Shown here: piece after piece, positions 16,739 through 25,123 of the stretch
How positions within the stretch are numbered: the stretch's first letter is position 1
Layout of the letters: each line of letters opens with the position of its first letter
Notes under the pieces: generated by a model
What the model was told of the DNA's origin: nothing
The model's input: only the letters and a program-made list of their open reading frames with translations
The model's database searches: none
Program-made: the position numbers and the translations under genes
Origin: Minisyncoccota bacterium
GTDB lineage: Bacteria > Patescibacteriota > Minisyncoccia > Phycocordibacterales > Phycocordibacteraceae
Direction: 5' to 3'
DNA length: 59,869 bases
Assembly: GCA_018062765.1 (NCBI GenBank)
Contig: JAGORR010000002.1
Coordinates: 1 to 59,869 of the forward strand

Positions 16739-18982
16739 CTAGTACGGGATCGGCAATATGACAAAACGGCTGGTCCGGAGCGCGCCTCGCATGGCCTCGC
16801 TATTCTCGTTTCGCGTCAACACCACCACTCGCGCACCAACCGACCGCGCGTATGCCTGTATCGCTTCCAAATCAAAGCTTCTGAGCGTATCGCGCTGCGC
16901 CAGGTACCGCGCATGCCAGTCGACAAGCTCCGCGCGGGGTCTATACGTGTAGGCTGCGCCTTCCTCATGGGTGATGTACAAATTCGAGCGGCAGTAGTAG
17001 CGCATCCCGAAGTCGTTTGAGACCACCTCTTCCGCGGAACTAATACCAAGCATCTCAAGCGTCCTGCACAATTCGTGATAATCCTTCGGTCGCGTATCGT
17101 CTGGTACACCCGAGAGCGCTTGCGGCACGTACGCACGCTCATAGTTTGCGTAACCGGCAACAAACTGGAAAAGCTCGAACCCGAACGTGGACGAGGCAAG
17201 CCCGCTGAGAACCACGAGCGTAAGGAAAGCGCGCTTCATCCGATATGCACTGTCGAGATACCACGCATAGAGAAGTGCTGCCGCGGGGATAAGCATGACG
17301 AAAAGACCAAGGTAGTAGAATTTAGAAATACGGCTCCATTGCTGGAACGCGTAGGGAGCCCCCCATTCCTGCATCGCGTAAAGATTTAAGCCAGGCACAA
17401 TAACTGCTAGCGTGAGCGATATTGTCGCAAGCGAGAAACCCCAAATAAGGAAGGTGCGTCCATGCGGGAATGGATAGCGAGCACGCAGCCGGCGTAACAG
17501 TGGCGCAAAGTGATATGCAAGTAAGACAAGGAGGAACACGAAACTCACAATGAGCATATGAACATACCAATCCAGAGTCGCCGTGGGAAACTCCCAGGTA
17601 TTCCGGTAGAGAATCGCGTCGACATACGCGACGGAAGACACTGCTCCTTCTGCGGCCGAAGGAGCGAGCCGTTCAAAAACCTTCCCGAAGAAATATGAGC
17701 CAGCGAGCATGAATGCGAAGCCAGCGATGATAAGTTCCTGGAGCGTGCGCCACCAAGACATACCACGCAGAAGAAGTGCGACTCCTGAGGCCACGAGCGA
17801 GGCGAGTGCGAAGAGCGTCACCGTGACCGGATGCAGAAAGATGCCTGCTCCAATAAAAAGGAACACCGGCCATAAGGAGCGCTTGTCGATGATGCGACGA
17901 AGCATGAACGCACTCGCAAGCCAGAACAGCGGTAGTGCTGCTTCCCTGCCGATGGCTTCCCGAAAGGTAAACGCGCCAAAAAGTTCCGTTCCCGCCGCCG
18001 CGCGCGGCATGAGCGCTACAAGAGAATAGAGGAGTGCGGGTACCCATGCGAGATAGAGCATCCGTAAGGCAGCGTAGGATGCGAGACCGGTCCCCATGAT
18101 GAGAGCAAACAAGTACGCGCTTTTGAATCCGCCGTGACCCAAAGGTTCATAGAACGCAAACAGCACCTCGGGATACAGGTACGGCCAGTATTCGTAGCCA
18201 AGGAGCATATCAGGGTCAGCAAGCGTTCCTTCCCGCGCCTGCAACGCTCCGGTCAGGTATACCTGCTCATCGATACTCTTTATATATGGCGTCGTGAGAC
18301 TCCAGCCTATGCCGATAAGCGCGAAGAGTGCGAAGGCCCCGATAACAACCGCAAGATGAGTCGTGTTCCGCCTGTTCTCTTTATCCTCATCGACAATCCC
18401 TTTGAGAACAGAGACTCCACCCTCACCTATGGCCCGTGCATTCGGAAGCACGCGGGCAACAGTCGCGGCGTTCTTTCTGACCGCAGCTTCCCACGCACCA
18501 AGAGACGCATCTCCTTGAGCAATGCGTGGGTGGATATTTTCATCGTCACGATGAAATCGATGGAACGAGCCTTCAGAAGCAATCATAAGCGCGTCCGGCT
18601 GTGGCAGAGCGTCTATCAATCGACGGGCTTCGTCCTCAGTAAGCGCGCGTGCTGGTATGACCACACAAAGATGTACGAGCCCTTCATCTATGATAACCGC
18701 GCCACGCATGCGTTTTGCTTTTGCGTATTTGCCTGCAGCGCGCAGCGCAAGATGAAGCGAATAGAAGAATAGCCCGCGTACATGGTGCCTTGCGACGAAC
18801 GTCACGATGCTCAGGAAGGATGCGGGGTGCCGAAGAAGGAAGAGGAGCACATAACGTGCTTCCTCGAGCCTATCGGTCATTGAGAGCGTTACAAGGGAGG
18901 CCTGGCCGGGATAAGCGGCCTCAAATCCACGCGAAAGATGCGTCTTGCCACCTCCCGGTACGCCAGCGAGTTCAATAATCAT
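16739..18982 (-). CDS. Fusion of an N-terminal P-loop NTPase domain to a large polytopic membrane protein (GT-C/YfhO/Wzy-like by topology only) with a soluble C-terminal domain
   Basis: The track ORF runs to 19621, but its first 213 codons overlap the divergent flippase gene. The internal start at 18982 gives MIIELAGVPGGGKTHL (Walker A) and AVIIDEGLVH (Walker B-like). More than 10 hydrophobic helices follow, then a ~110-aa soluble tail. Confidence 0.6.
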   Translation of the reverse strand: MIIELAGVPGGGKTHLSRGFEAAYPGQASLVTLSMTDRLEEARYVLLFLLRHPASFLSIVTFVARHHVRGLFFYSLHLALRAAGKYAKAKRMRGAVIIDEGLVHLCVVIPARALTEDEARRLIDALPQPDALMIASEGSFHRFHRDDENIHPRIAQGDASLGAWEAAVRKNAATVARVLPNARAIGEGGVSVLKGIVDEDKENRRNTTHLAVVIGAFALFALIGIGWSLTTPYIKSIDEQVYLTGALQAREGTLADPDMLLGYEYWPYLYPEVLFAFYEPLGHGGFKSAYLFALIMGTGLASYAALRMLYLAWVPALLYSLVALMPRAAAGTELFGAFTFREAIGREAALPLFWLASAFMLRRIIDKRSLWPVFLFIGAGIFLHPVTVTLFALASLVASGVALLLRGMSWWRTLQELIIAGFAFMLAGSYFFGKVFERLAPSAAEGAVSSVAYVDAILYRNTWEFPTATLDWYVHMLIVSFVFLLVLLAYHFAPLLRRLRARYPFPHGRTFLIWGFSLATISLTLAVIVPGLNLYAMQEWGAPYAFQQWSRISKFYYLGLFVMLIPAAALLYAWYLDSAYRMKRAFLTLVVLSGLASSTFGFELFQFVAGYANYERAYVPQALSGVPDDTRPKDYHELCRTLEMLGISSAEEVVSNDFGMRYYCRSNLYITHEEGAAYTYRPRAELVDWHARYLAQRDTLRSFDLEAIQAYARSVGARVVVLTRNENSEAMRGALRTSRFVILPIPY

Positions 18983-19008
18983 ATGGAGGGGACCCGTATT
19001 TGTGTCAC

Positions 19009-19014
19009 TATAGT
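19009..19014 (+). promoter_or_regulatory. -10-like hexamer TATAGT (overlapping TATAGA) 10 nt upstream of the ATG at 19025
   Basis: cacTATAGTATAGAAcctcATG lies in the 42-nt divergent intergenic region. No SD motif is present. Confidence 0.4.
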
Positions 19015-19024
19015 ATAGAACCTC

Positions 19025-20302
19025 ATGATGCGCGCTAAAGCAGCAGTGTATGCCTTCTTGCGCTGGAGCGAGCGCTTCACCCGTACGGACATGGTCTACC
19101 TTGCGGGCGGCGGCTTCTGGCTCGGCCTTGGCTACGCCTTTCAACTTGCGAGCGGCATCGCGATCGCCATTCTCCTTGCTAACTGGCTTCCCAGGGAAGC
19201 GTACGGCACATACCAATTCATCATATCGATGAGCGCCATTCTCTCGGGACTGACGCTCACTGGTATAGGTACCGCGCTCATGCGTGCAGTCGCAAGGGGT
19301 GCCAAGGGTGCGCTTCCCTATGCGTTTAGACTCCAGCTCGTCTGGGGCTTTGGCATCGTGATTGCAAGCTTCGGCGTTGCGCTCTACTACTTCATAAACG
19401 GCAACATTGAGCTTGCTTCTGCATTCCTTATCGTCGGCGCCTGCGCTCCCCTCCTTGGCGCGTTTAGCCTGTACCGACCATACCTTGAGGGTCGCAAGCT
19501 GTTTCGCGACAGCACGCTCCTCGGAGCGTGGCGCAGACCCGTACCGCTTATTGCGATTGCGGCAGCGCTCTATCTTACTGATGACCCAATCCTTTTGGTG
19601 CTCGTCTACTTCGTGTCGCATACGCTTTCGATGGGGCTCCTGTACCTTTCAACCGTACGCAAATACGCGGAGCCTAAGGAAGAACATCCGGAGATACTTT
19701 CTTACGGGAAGCATCTCTCCGTGATGAGCATTGTAGGACTGGTCGCCAATAACCTAGATAACGTGCTCGTCTTCCATTATCTTGGCGCAGCACCCTTGGC
19801 GATATATGCGCTCGCGCAGCTGCCACTCATTCACACACTGAAAACGTTCGGTCTTGGAGGAAGCTTGGTGTTCCCAAAGTACGCTACCCGCACCTGGCAC
19901 GAAATCCGTGAAGGGATCGGTTCTAAACTTGCGCTCTATTCGTTCGCTACCGGTATCGCGGTTGTGGCGTACATAGCGCTGGCTCCATTCATATTTAATG
20001 CCGTCTTCCCCGCCTACCCGGAGGCGGTTATCGTATCGCAAGTGTTAATACTCGCGGTGCTTGCAAAACCTTTCACGCTGTACGCCCAGGCCTTCGCAGC
20101 CCATGGCATGAAGAAGATCCAACATTTCGTGCAGATAAGCGTATCGCTGCTCAAGCTCGTACTCCTTTTTATCCTCCTGCCGATATTTGGGCTTTGGGGC
20201 GCAGCGGCAGCCATCCTCATCTCCACCTTATACTGGTGCATCATACTTCTTATCCTCTTCTATTCGCACAAAGAGCAGACTACTGTTTCCGTGCAAGGAT
20301 AA
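19025..20302 (+). CDS. Wzx-like oligo/polysaccharide flippase (MOP superfamily)
   Basis: 425 aa with about 12 hydrophobic helices. Its size, topology and glycan-cluster context fit 'polysaccharide biosynthesis protein' flippases. Confidence 0.75.
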   Translation: MMRAKAAVYAFLRWSERFTRTDMVYLAGGGFWLGLGYAFQLASGIAIAILLANWLPREAYGTYQFIISMSAILSGLTLTGIGTALMRAVARGAKGALPYAFRLQLVWGFGIVIASFGVALYYFINGNIELASAFLIVGACAPLLGAFSLYRPYLEGRKLFRDSTLLGAWRRPVPLIAIAAALYLTDDPILLVLVYFVSHTLSMGLLYLSTVRKYAEPKEEHPEILSYGKHLSVMSIVGLVANNLDNVLVFHYLGAAPLAIYALAQLPLIHTLKTFGLGGSLVFPKYATRTWHEIREGIGSKLALYSFATGIAVVAYIALAPFIFNAVFPAYPEAVIVSQVLILAVLAKPFTLYAQAFAAHGMKKIQHFVQISVSLLKLVLLFILLPIFGLWGAAAAILISTLYWCIILLILFYSHKEQTTVSVQG

Positions 20303-21017
20303 GGTTGTCTACGTAAAGCGGCGTATCGGTAGAGGCGAAAGGCGAAAAGAGAATACCAAGCAGGGTGAAGGGCGCGATGAATATCACGTAAGCGAGTACG
20401 CGCAGATAGTAATTCCGGAACGGTATGACTGATCGGAGATAACTGCCGAGTACTTGAAATAGCGCCGTAACGCCACGCACTGACTTCCTAGCTTCGATAA
20501 TTTCGAATCCGTGGCTAGTAAGGAGATGTCGCACTCCGAAAGAAGAGTACCGTGCAAAGTCATGCGGTTGCTGGTGCTCCATCCACATAAACGGGCAGGT
20601 AACGATGATGGAGCCTCCAGGCTTCAGCACACGATTAGTCTCTGCTAGGAACTCGTCTGGATTAAATACGTGCTCTAGCACCTCAGTCGCAAGAATCGAA
20701 TCGAAATGCGCATCAGGAAACGGGAAGGTCTTACCGTCATAAAACACATCAGCTGCACCACCGAATCGCTCTTTGAGGGCCTCGTGCTCCATGCCGATAT
20801 GTTCCGTGACATTCGGGAAAATCCCCTGGTACGGCTTATTGCCGCACCCGATATCAAGCAACCGGCCGCCAATACTTGGGGACCACAAAGAGAGCTGCTT
20901 CTGTAAGCCTCGACGCACTAGGTAGATTGGGTTTATGAAAACACCAAGGATATCAGGGTCGAACGCCTGTTTATCTATCCAGCCTCGTATCCCGCGTCTT
21001 TTGGTGCGTGCGGTCAT
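20280..21017 (-). CDS. Class I SAM-dependent methyltransferase with a hydrophobic C-terminus
   Basis: 245 aa with motif I (LLDIGCGNKPY), then FDSILATEVLEHV and LKPGGSIIV. Confidence 0.8.
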   Translation of the reverse strand: MTARTKRRGIRGWIDKQAFDPDILGVFINPIYLVRRGLQKQLSLWSPSIGGRLLDIGCGNKPYQGIFPNVTEHIGMEHEALKERFGGAADVFYDGKTFPFPDAHFDSILATEVLEHVFNPDEFLAETNRVLKPGGSIIVTCPFMWMEHQQPHDFARYSSFGVRHLLTSHGFEIIEARKSVRGVTALFQVLGSYLRSVIPFRNYYLRVLAYVIFIAPFTLLGILFSPFASTDTPLYVDNLILARKQ

Positions 21018-21772
21018 AGGAGAGGCTTACGGAAGTGCCGTCCCGCCCCATCATTCGTGAGTAGCTCTGCCTTGATACCGTGAGTATCGAGATATTCGTG
21101 CAACGCCTTACGGCAACCAGGAAAAGCGCCATAGTCGTCGAGCACGATGTACCCTCCCGGAACAACCTTGGGGTAGAGGTGCTCGAGGCATATCTTCACA
21201 GACTCGTACCAGTCCGCGTCGATATGGAGAAGTGCGATATCGCCTACCTTAGGTACTGCTGTCGGAAATGTCTTATCGAACCATCCTTCGACAATTTGGA
21301 GGCGCGATTCAGCGATATGCATACGTTCAAATATCTCATGCACCATATCCTTGGCGCCTAGGCACCAACCTTCATAGTAATGTTCGCGCTCGTACTCACC
21401 GTCGTTTTCTGTAGGCTCCGGCAATCCTTCAAAAGAATCAAAAAGCCATACCGGACGCGCCCCTGCCTCTGTGGCGTACGCCATGATAGCAGCGCTCCCG
21501 CCGTTATAGACGCCGCATTCTACAATGGCGCCCGGCACGTCCTCGCGCTCGATACGGCGCGCAAGGTCGTATAAGAGCCTGAGACGCCGCGCCGCTACCA
21601 TGCTGTAGCGCGGACGCACCAGTCGAACGAGTGAGAAGACGGAAACCCACCGTAGAGGATTCAGATACCGACAGGCCGCGAAGTCTAGGAGAAATCGGCG
21701 GGTGTAGGAAAAGGCATGTCGCGCGCCTTCCCACAGAGCGTGCGGGATGAGCCGTTTGAGGAGTCCCTTCAT
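21014..21772 (-). CDS. TylF/MycF-type (macrocin-O-methyltransferase-like) SAM-dependent O-methyltransferase
   Basis: 252 aa. It has IVECGVYNGGSAAIMAY and LLHIDADWYESVKICLEHLYPKVVPGGYIVLDDY, which are typical of the TylF family. Confidence 0.8.
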   Translation of the reverse strand: MKGLLKRLIPHALWEGARHAFSYTRRFLLDFAACRYLNPLRWVSVFSLVRLVRPRYSMVAARRLRLLYDLARRIEREDVPGAIVECGVYNGGSAAIMAYATEAGARPVWLFDSFEGLPEPTENDGEYEREHYYEGWCLGAKDMVHEIFERMHIAESRLQIVEGWFDKTFPTAVPKVGDIALLHIDADWYESVKICLEHLYPKVVPGGYIVLDDYGAFPGCRKALHEYLDTHGIKAELLTNDGAGRHFRKPLL

Positions 21773-21796
21773 ATCCTTACGATACCCGCTACCTAG

Positions 21797-22645
21797 CTAT
21801 CGCTCAAATGACTCGCGCATGCGGCCGAGCATGTCAGGAGGCAACTCCATTCGCCAGTCGAGTTTGGACAACGGCGCGTTGTCGTTTGTGAGATGCTGCA
21901 TAAACGTTTCTGCCTCTCTTCCGCCCTTCTTGAAATACCACTGCGCAGCATACACAGGATCGGATGAGACGCGCGGCATGTTCCGGTACTCGCGAACCAT
22001 CGAAGGCGAGAGGAAGATGAGGTATTCAAATAGGTAGTGGGGCCAGAAGTAGCGCCACTGATTCTTTGCATAGCGCCAATACCGGTACTCGTACGCCTTC
22101 CAACCGTTTATAAGGGGGTGGTTAGGCTTCGCCGCAACAAGCCAATCAGCCACAGTCGTCTTCGGCTTTTCATACACGAACGCGCCCGAGATAAGTTTTG
22201 CTGGGAGCCATGCATCAAGCGGCGTGTTGCAGTAGGTCGTTGCATCAACCCATACCCCACCCTCTTTTGATAAGAGCGTGAGCCGGAGCACGTTCGCGTA
22301 ATTGGTGGGAGTCAACGTCTTCCCAGTAAGCGGGTAGTCGAATTCCATCTTTCCTTCGATGCTCTTTGAATCGAGGACTCGCACCTCCCAGTCGGGGTTG
22401 CGCGCTATCCAGGAGTCTCTACACGCCTTAACAAGTACCGGCGCCCCTTCCCACCCCTGGGCCCAGAACATCCAGATGATTTTCGGGGTCTCCTGCGGTG
22501 CACCCCAGACCTGCGGCGCAGGCTTACTTCCTTTTAGGAGTCGTACAAAGGAGCGTAGCTTCCTGAGAGGCCATATCCGGGGATGCTTCACTTCGCAGAA
22601 CGCCTTGAAGCCCCAGTACCAGAAGAAGTCGCGCAGCCGCGTCAT
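21797..22645 (-). CDS. Capsular-polysaccharide-synthesis type glycosyltransferase (Caps_synth / GT32-like)
   Basis: It has IIWMFWAQGWEGAPVLVKACRDSWIARNPDWEVRVLD and GGVWVDATTYC. I shortened the track ORF (to 22864) to the Met at 22645. The longer form overlaps the divergent gene, and a TATACT hexamer sits 6 nt upstream of 22645. Confidence 0.6.
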   Translation of the reverse strand: MTRLRDFFWYWGFKAFCEVKHPRIWPLRKLRSFVRLLKGSKPAPQVWGAPQETPKIIWMFWAQGWEGAPVLVKACRDSWIARNPDWEVRVLDSKSIEGKMEFDYPLTGKTLTPTNYANVLRLTLLSKEGGVWVDATTYCNTPLDAWLPAKLISGAFVYEKPKTTVADWLVAAKPNHPLINGWKAYEYRYWRYAKNQWRYFWPHYLFEYLIFLSPSMVREYRNMPRVSSDPVYAAQWYFKKGGREAETFMQHLTNDNAPLSKLDWRMELPPDMLGRMRESFER

Positions 22646-22651
22646 GCGGGC

Positions 22652-22657
22652 AGTATA
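22652..22657 (-). promoter_or_regulatory. -10-like hexamer TATACT, 6 nt upstream of the ATG at 22645
   Basis: The minus strand reads TATACT-gcccgc-ATG. Confidence 0.45.
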
Positions 22658-22675
22658 CGATACGCGCCCCGTAGG

Positions 22676-22681
22676 TATACT
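22676..22681 (+). promoter_or_regulatory. -10-like hexamer TATACT, 9 nt upstream of the ATG at 22691
   Basis: The plus strand reads ggTATACTtgagctgtaATG. Confidence 0.45.
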
Positions 22682-22690
22682 TGAGCTGTA

Positions 22691-23329
22691 ATGACCGAAG
22701 GAGATGCCATATTCGACATGACGAAGCGCTCTAAGACGTTCGCGCGCATTGTGCGTCATTTGTCGCTTAACCAGAGGACCGTTCTTGATGTCGGCTGTTC
22801 CGAAGGTCATCATCTCGTTGCGTTTGGGAAAGGGAGTCTCGGCCTCACCATCATTCCAGAGCATAGAGATGAAGCGAAGCGGCGCGGGCTTGATGTTATG
22901 CTCGCGAACGTTGAGGATTCGGCATTCTCACTCAATAAGAAGTTTGACGCGATATGGGCGAACAACCTTTTTGAACATCTTGAGTCCCCTCACCCGTTCC
23001 TTATGAAAATGCGCGAGTGTGTTACTTCTGACGGTGTGCTCATTCTCGGAGTGCCCGTAATCCCATGGCTCTCATTCCTCACGCGCTTCAAGAAATTCCG
23101 GGGCGCGTTCGCCGTCTCCCATGTGAACTTCTTCACACGACGCACCATTATCGAGACGACGCGAGCTGCGGGCTGGCAGGTCAAAGAAGCCCGGCTCTTC
23201 TATTTCTCGAACCCTTTCCTCGACTGGTGCATGAACCTGATAGCGCCTCATATATACGTCGTCGCGACCCTCGACCCTGATTTCAAGTATGCCGACAAAC
23301 GCCTGCTATCGCTCGCGGGCTACCATTAG
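22691..23329 (+). CDS. Class I SAM-dependent methyltransferase
   Basis: 212 aa with motif I (VLDVGCSEGHH), then FDAIWANNLFEHL and DGVLILGVP. Confidence 0.75.
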   Translation: MTEGDAIFDMTKRSKTFARIVRHLSLNQRTVLDVGCSEGHHLVAFGKGSLGLTIIPEHRDEAKRRGLDVMLANVEDSAFSLNKKFDAIWANNLFEHLESPHPFLMKMRECVTSDGVLILGVPVIPWLSFLTRFKKFRGAFAVSHVNFFTRRTIIETTRAAGWQVKEARLFYFSNPFLDWCMNLIAPHIYVVATLDPDFKYADKRLLSLAGYH

Positions 23330-23391
23330 TAGAGCGTAACCGGAAGCCTTATGCGCTGGTTCTCATCAGTACCCCAGCGGCCGTGAGGCAG

Positions 23392-23400
23392 TGGTATAAC
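23392..23400 (+). promoter_or_regulatory. Extended -10-like element TGgTATAAC, 14 nt upstream of the ATG at 23415
   Basis: The plus strand reads caGTGGTATAACtcatacacgaacccATG. Confidence 0.35.
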
Positions 23401-23414
23401 TCATACACGAACCC

Positions 23415-24401
23415 ATGGAAATGAAAGTGCTCGTCACCGACCCGGTGCATCCGGATTCCATCACCCGCCTTAAGGAGGAGGGGTATTCGGTCACGGAGCT
23501 CGAAGACGGAGCGCGGGACCGCCTCAAGGACTTCATAGCGCCCTACCACGCCATGGTCTGCCGCACCTCAACCACCTGCGACAGTGATGTGTTCGCGAAT
23601 GCGCCAAATCTTAAAGCGGTCGCGATTGCCTCAACCGGCTACGACCGAATAGACACAGAGGAAGCGAAACGGCGCGGCGTCGCAATATTAGGCCTTCCTG
23701 CCATGAATCATGAGATAGACCCCGAGAAAGACGGGAACTTCGTCTCAACCGCAGAGCACACTATGCTCCTTATCCTTTCAGTGCTCGGTGATTTCTATCA
23801 GGCATACGAAAGCATGAAGGAGGGGCGGTGGGATAAGAAGTTTTTAGTGGGTAACGAACTCGCAAATAAAACGGTTGGTCTCTTTGGGTTCGGACGTATA
23901 GCAACCTTGGTTGCGCGTCGCTTAAAAGCATTCCGCGTCAACGTCATTGCGCATGACCCGTACGCCACGCCGGAAAAAGCAAAAGAAGAAGGTGTTGAGT
24001 TGGTCTCGTTTGAGGAGTTCTGCAAACGATCAGATCTTATTTCCATACACGCGCCGAGAACTCCGGAAACCGAAGGCAAACTGAATGCAGAGGCATTTGC
24101 ACAAATGAAAGACGGGGTCTTCATTGTGAACACCGCACGAGCCATCATCATCAACGAGCCGGATCTTATCGAGGCCTTAAAGGCTGGCAAAGTGAAGCGT
24201 GTTGCCATGGACGTCTTCCATGATGAGCCGAACGGCGTGCATCAGGGCATGTCGAGAAAGCTCATTGAAATGCCATGCGTAATCGCAACACCCCACATAG
24301 GCGGTTCAACCCACGAGGCGTGGCGGCGGATCTCTATGACCGCGGCCGAGAACGTTATCGCTCACCTTAAGGGCGAAGTCGTGAAGAACCGCATCGCATG
24401 A
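23415..24401 (+). CDS. D-isomer-specific 2-hydroxyacid dehydrogenase (phosphoglycerate-dehydrogenase-like), NAD-binding
   Basis: 328 aa. It has an NAD fold (VGLFGFGRIATLVARRL), the signature SIHAPRTPET, and the catalytic region TPHIGGST. Confidence 0.9.
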   Translation: MEMKVLVTDPVHPDSITRLKEEGYSVTELEDGARDRLKDFIAPYHAMVCRTSTTCDSDVFANAPNLKAVAIASTGYDRIDTEEAKRRGVAILGLPAMNHEIDPEKDGNFVSTAEHTMLLILSVLGDFYQAYESMKEGRWDKKFLVGNELANKTVGLFGFGRIATLVARRLKAFRVNVIAHDPYATPEKAKEEGVELVSFEEFCKRSDLISIHAPRTPETEGKLNAEAFAQMKDGVFIVNTARAIIINEPDLIEALKAGKVKRVAMDVFHDEPNGVHQGMSRKLIEMPCVIATPHIGGSTHEAWRRISMTAAENVIAHLKGEVVKNRIA

Positions 24402-25123
24402 AAGCCATCCTCCTTTCGGCAGGACAATCCAAGCGGCTCTACCCCCTAACCCAAGAAAAGCCGAAGAATCTGCTTCTCATAGACGACAAGACGTTGCTTG
24501 ATCACCAGATGGAGGCACTCGTCGCAAACAAGGTAACTGACCTGGTTATTGTCGTCGGTTGTTTCAAGGAACTCATACAGGAGCATCTGGCGAATAAGGC
24601 GTACCCGATAAAGATCACCTATATCGTGAACGACGACTTCTCAACGACAGGACCAATACTTGGCGGGCTTGCTCGCGCAAAAGATCATCTCACAGAGCCC
24701 ATCGTCTTCTTCCACTGTGATGTGTTATTTGATGCACCGGCACTTGCTGCAGTACTCGAGCATCCGGAAGAATCGGTCATGCTGTACCGCCCCGACGTAT
24801 GGGACGCGGAGGCTGGGAAAATAATCGTTGAGCCTGATACGCACTTTGTCCGCGAGTGTGGGAAGCACGTCGAACAAGCGCGCGCGAGTGGTGAGTACTT
24901 GCAGATAGCGAAATTCGGTCCGGATTTTCGTAAGCGGCTCATAGAGGTGCTGGAAACAAGAGTCGCCGAAAACAGAGACGGGTTTACGATAGATGCTTTT
25001 AACGAGGTAGTGCAGGACCAGCGTGTTCATGTAGTAGGACTTCCTTATGATGGGGTCGTGTTGGAAATAGACACGCCGGAAGATTACGAGAACGCGAAAA
25101 AGGTATGGCAGGAGCGAGCATAA
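24398..25123 (+). CDS. Sugar/alcohol-phosphate nucleotidyl(cytidylyl)transferase, LicC/NTP_transf-like
   Basis: 241 aa. The N-terminus (MKAILLSAGQSKRLYPLTQEKPKNLL) is the canonical nucleotidyltransferase G-rich loop. An ATGA overlap couples it to the upstream dehydrogenase. Confidence 0.8.
   Translation: MKAILLSAGQSKRLYPLTQEKPKNLLLIDDKTLLDHQMEALVANKVTDLVIVVGCFKELIQEHLANKAYPIKITYIVNDDFSTTGPILGGLARAKDHLTEPIVFFHCDVLFDAPALAAVLEHPEESVMLYRPDVWDAEAGKIIVEPDTHFVRECGKHVEQARASGEYLQIAKFGPDFRKRLIEVLETRVAENRDGFTIDAFNEVVQDQRVHVVGLPYDGVVLEIDTPEDYENAKKVWQERA

Noticed and set aside
18983-19621. N-terminal 213 codons of the 960-aa track ORF (16739..19621).
   Set aside because: This part overlaps the well-supported divergent flippase gene and is basic and low-complexity. 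An internal ATG at 18982 gives a sensible Walker-A N-terminus and a normal 42-nt divergent promoter region.
22646-22864. N-terminal extension of the Caps_synth-like ORF. Similar extensions occur at 31677..31805 (YvcK), 30143..30175 (GT), 53173..53202 (FolD) and 40014..40043 (T4CP-like).
   Set aside because: The extensions overlap neighbouring genes or a terminator hairpin. Internal starts restore the family-typical N-termini and create ATGA couplings or a -10 hexamer at leaderless distance.
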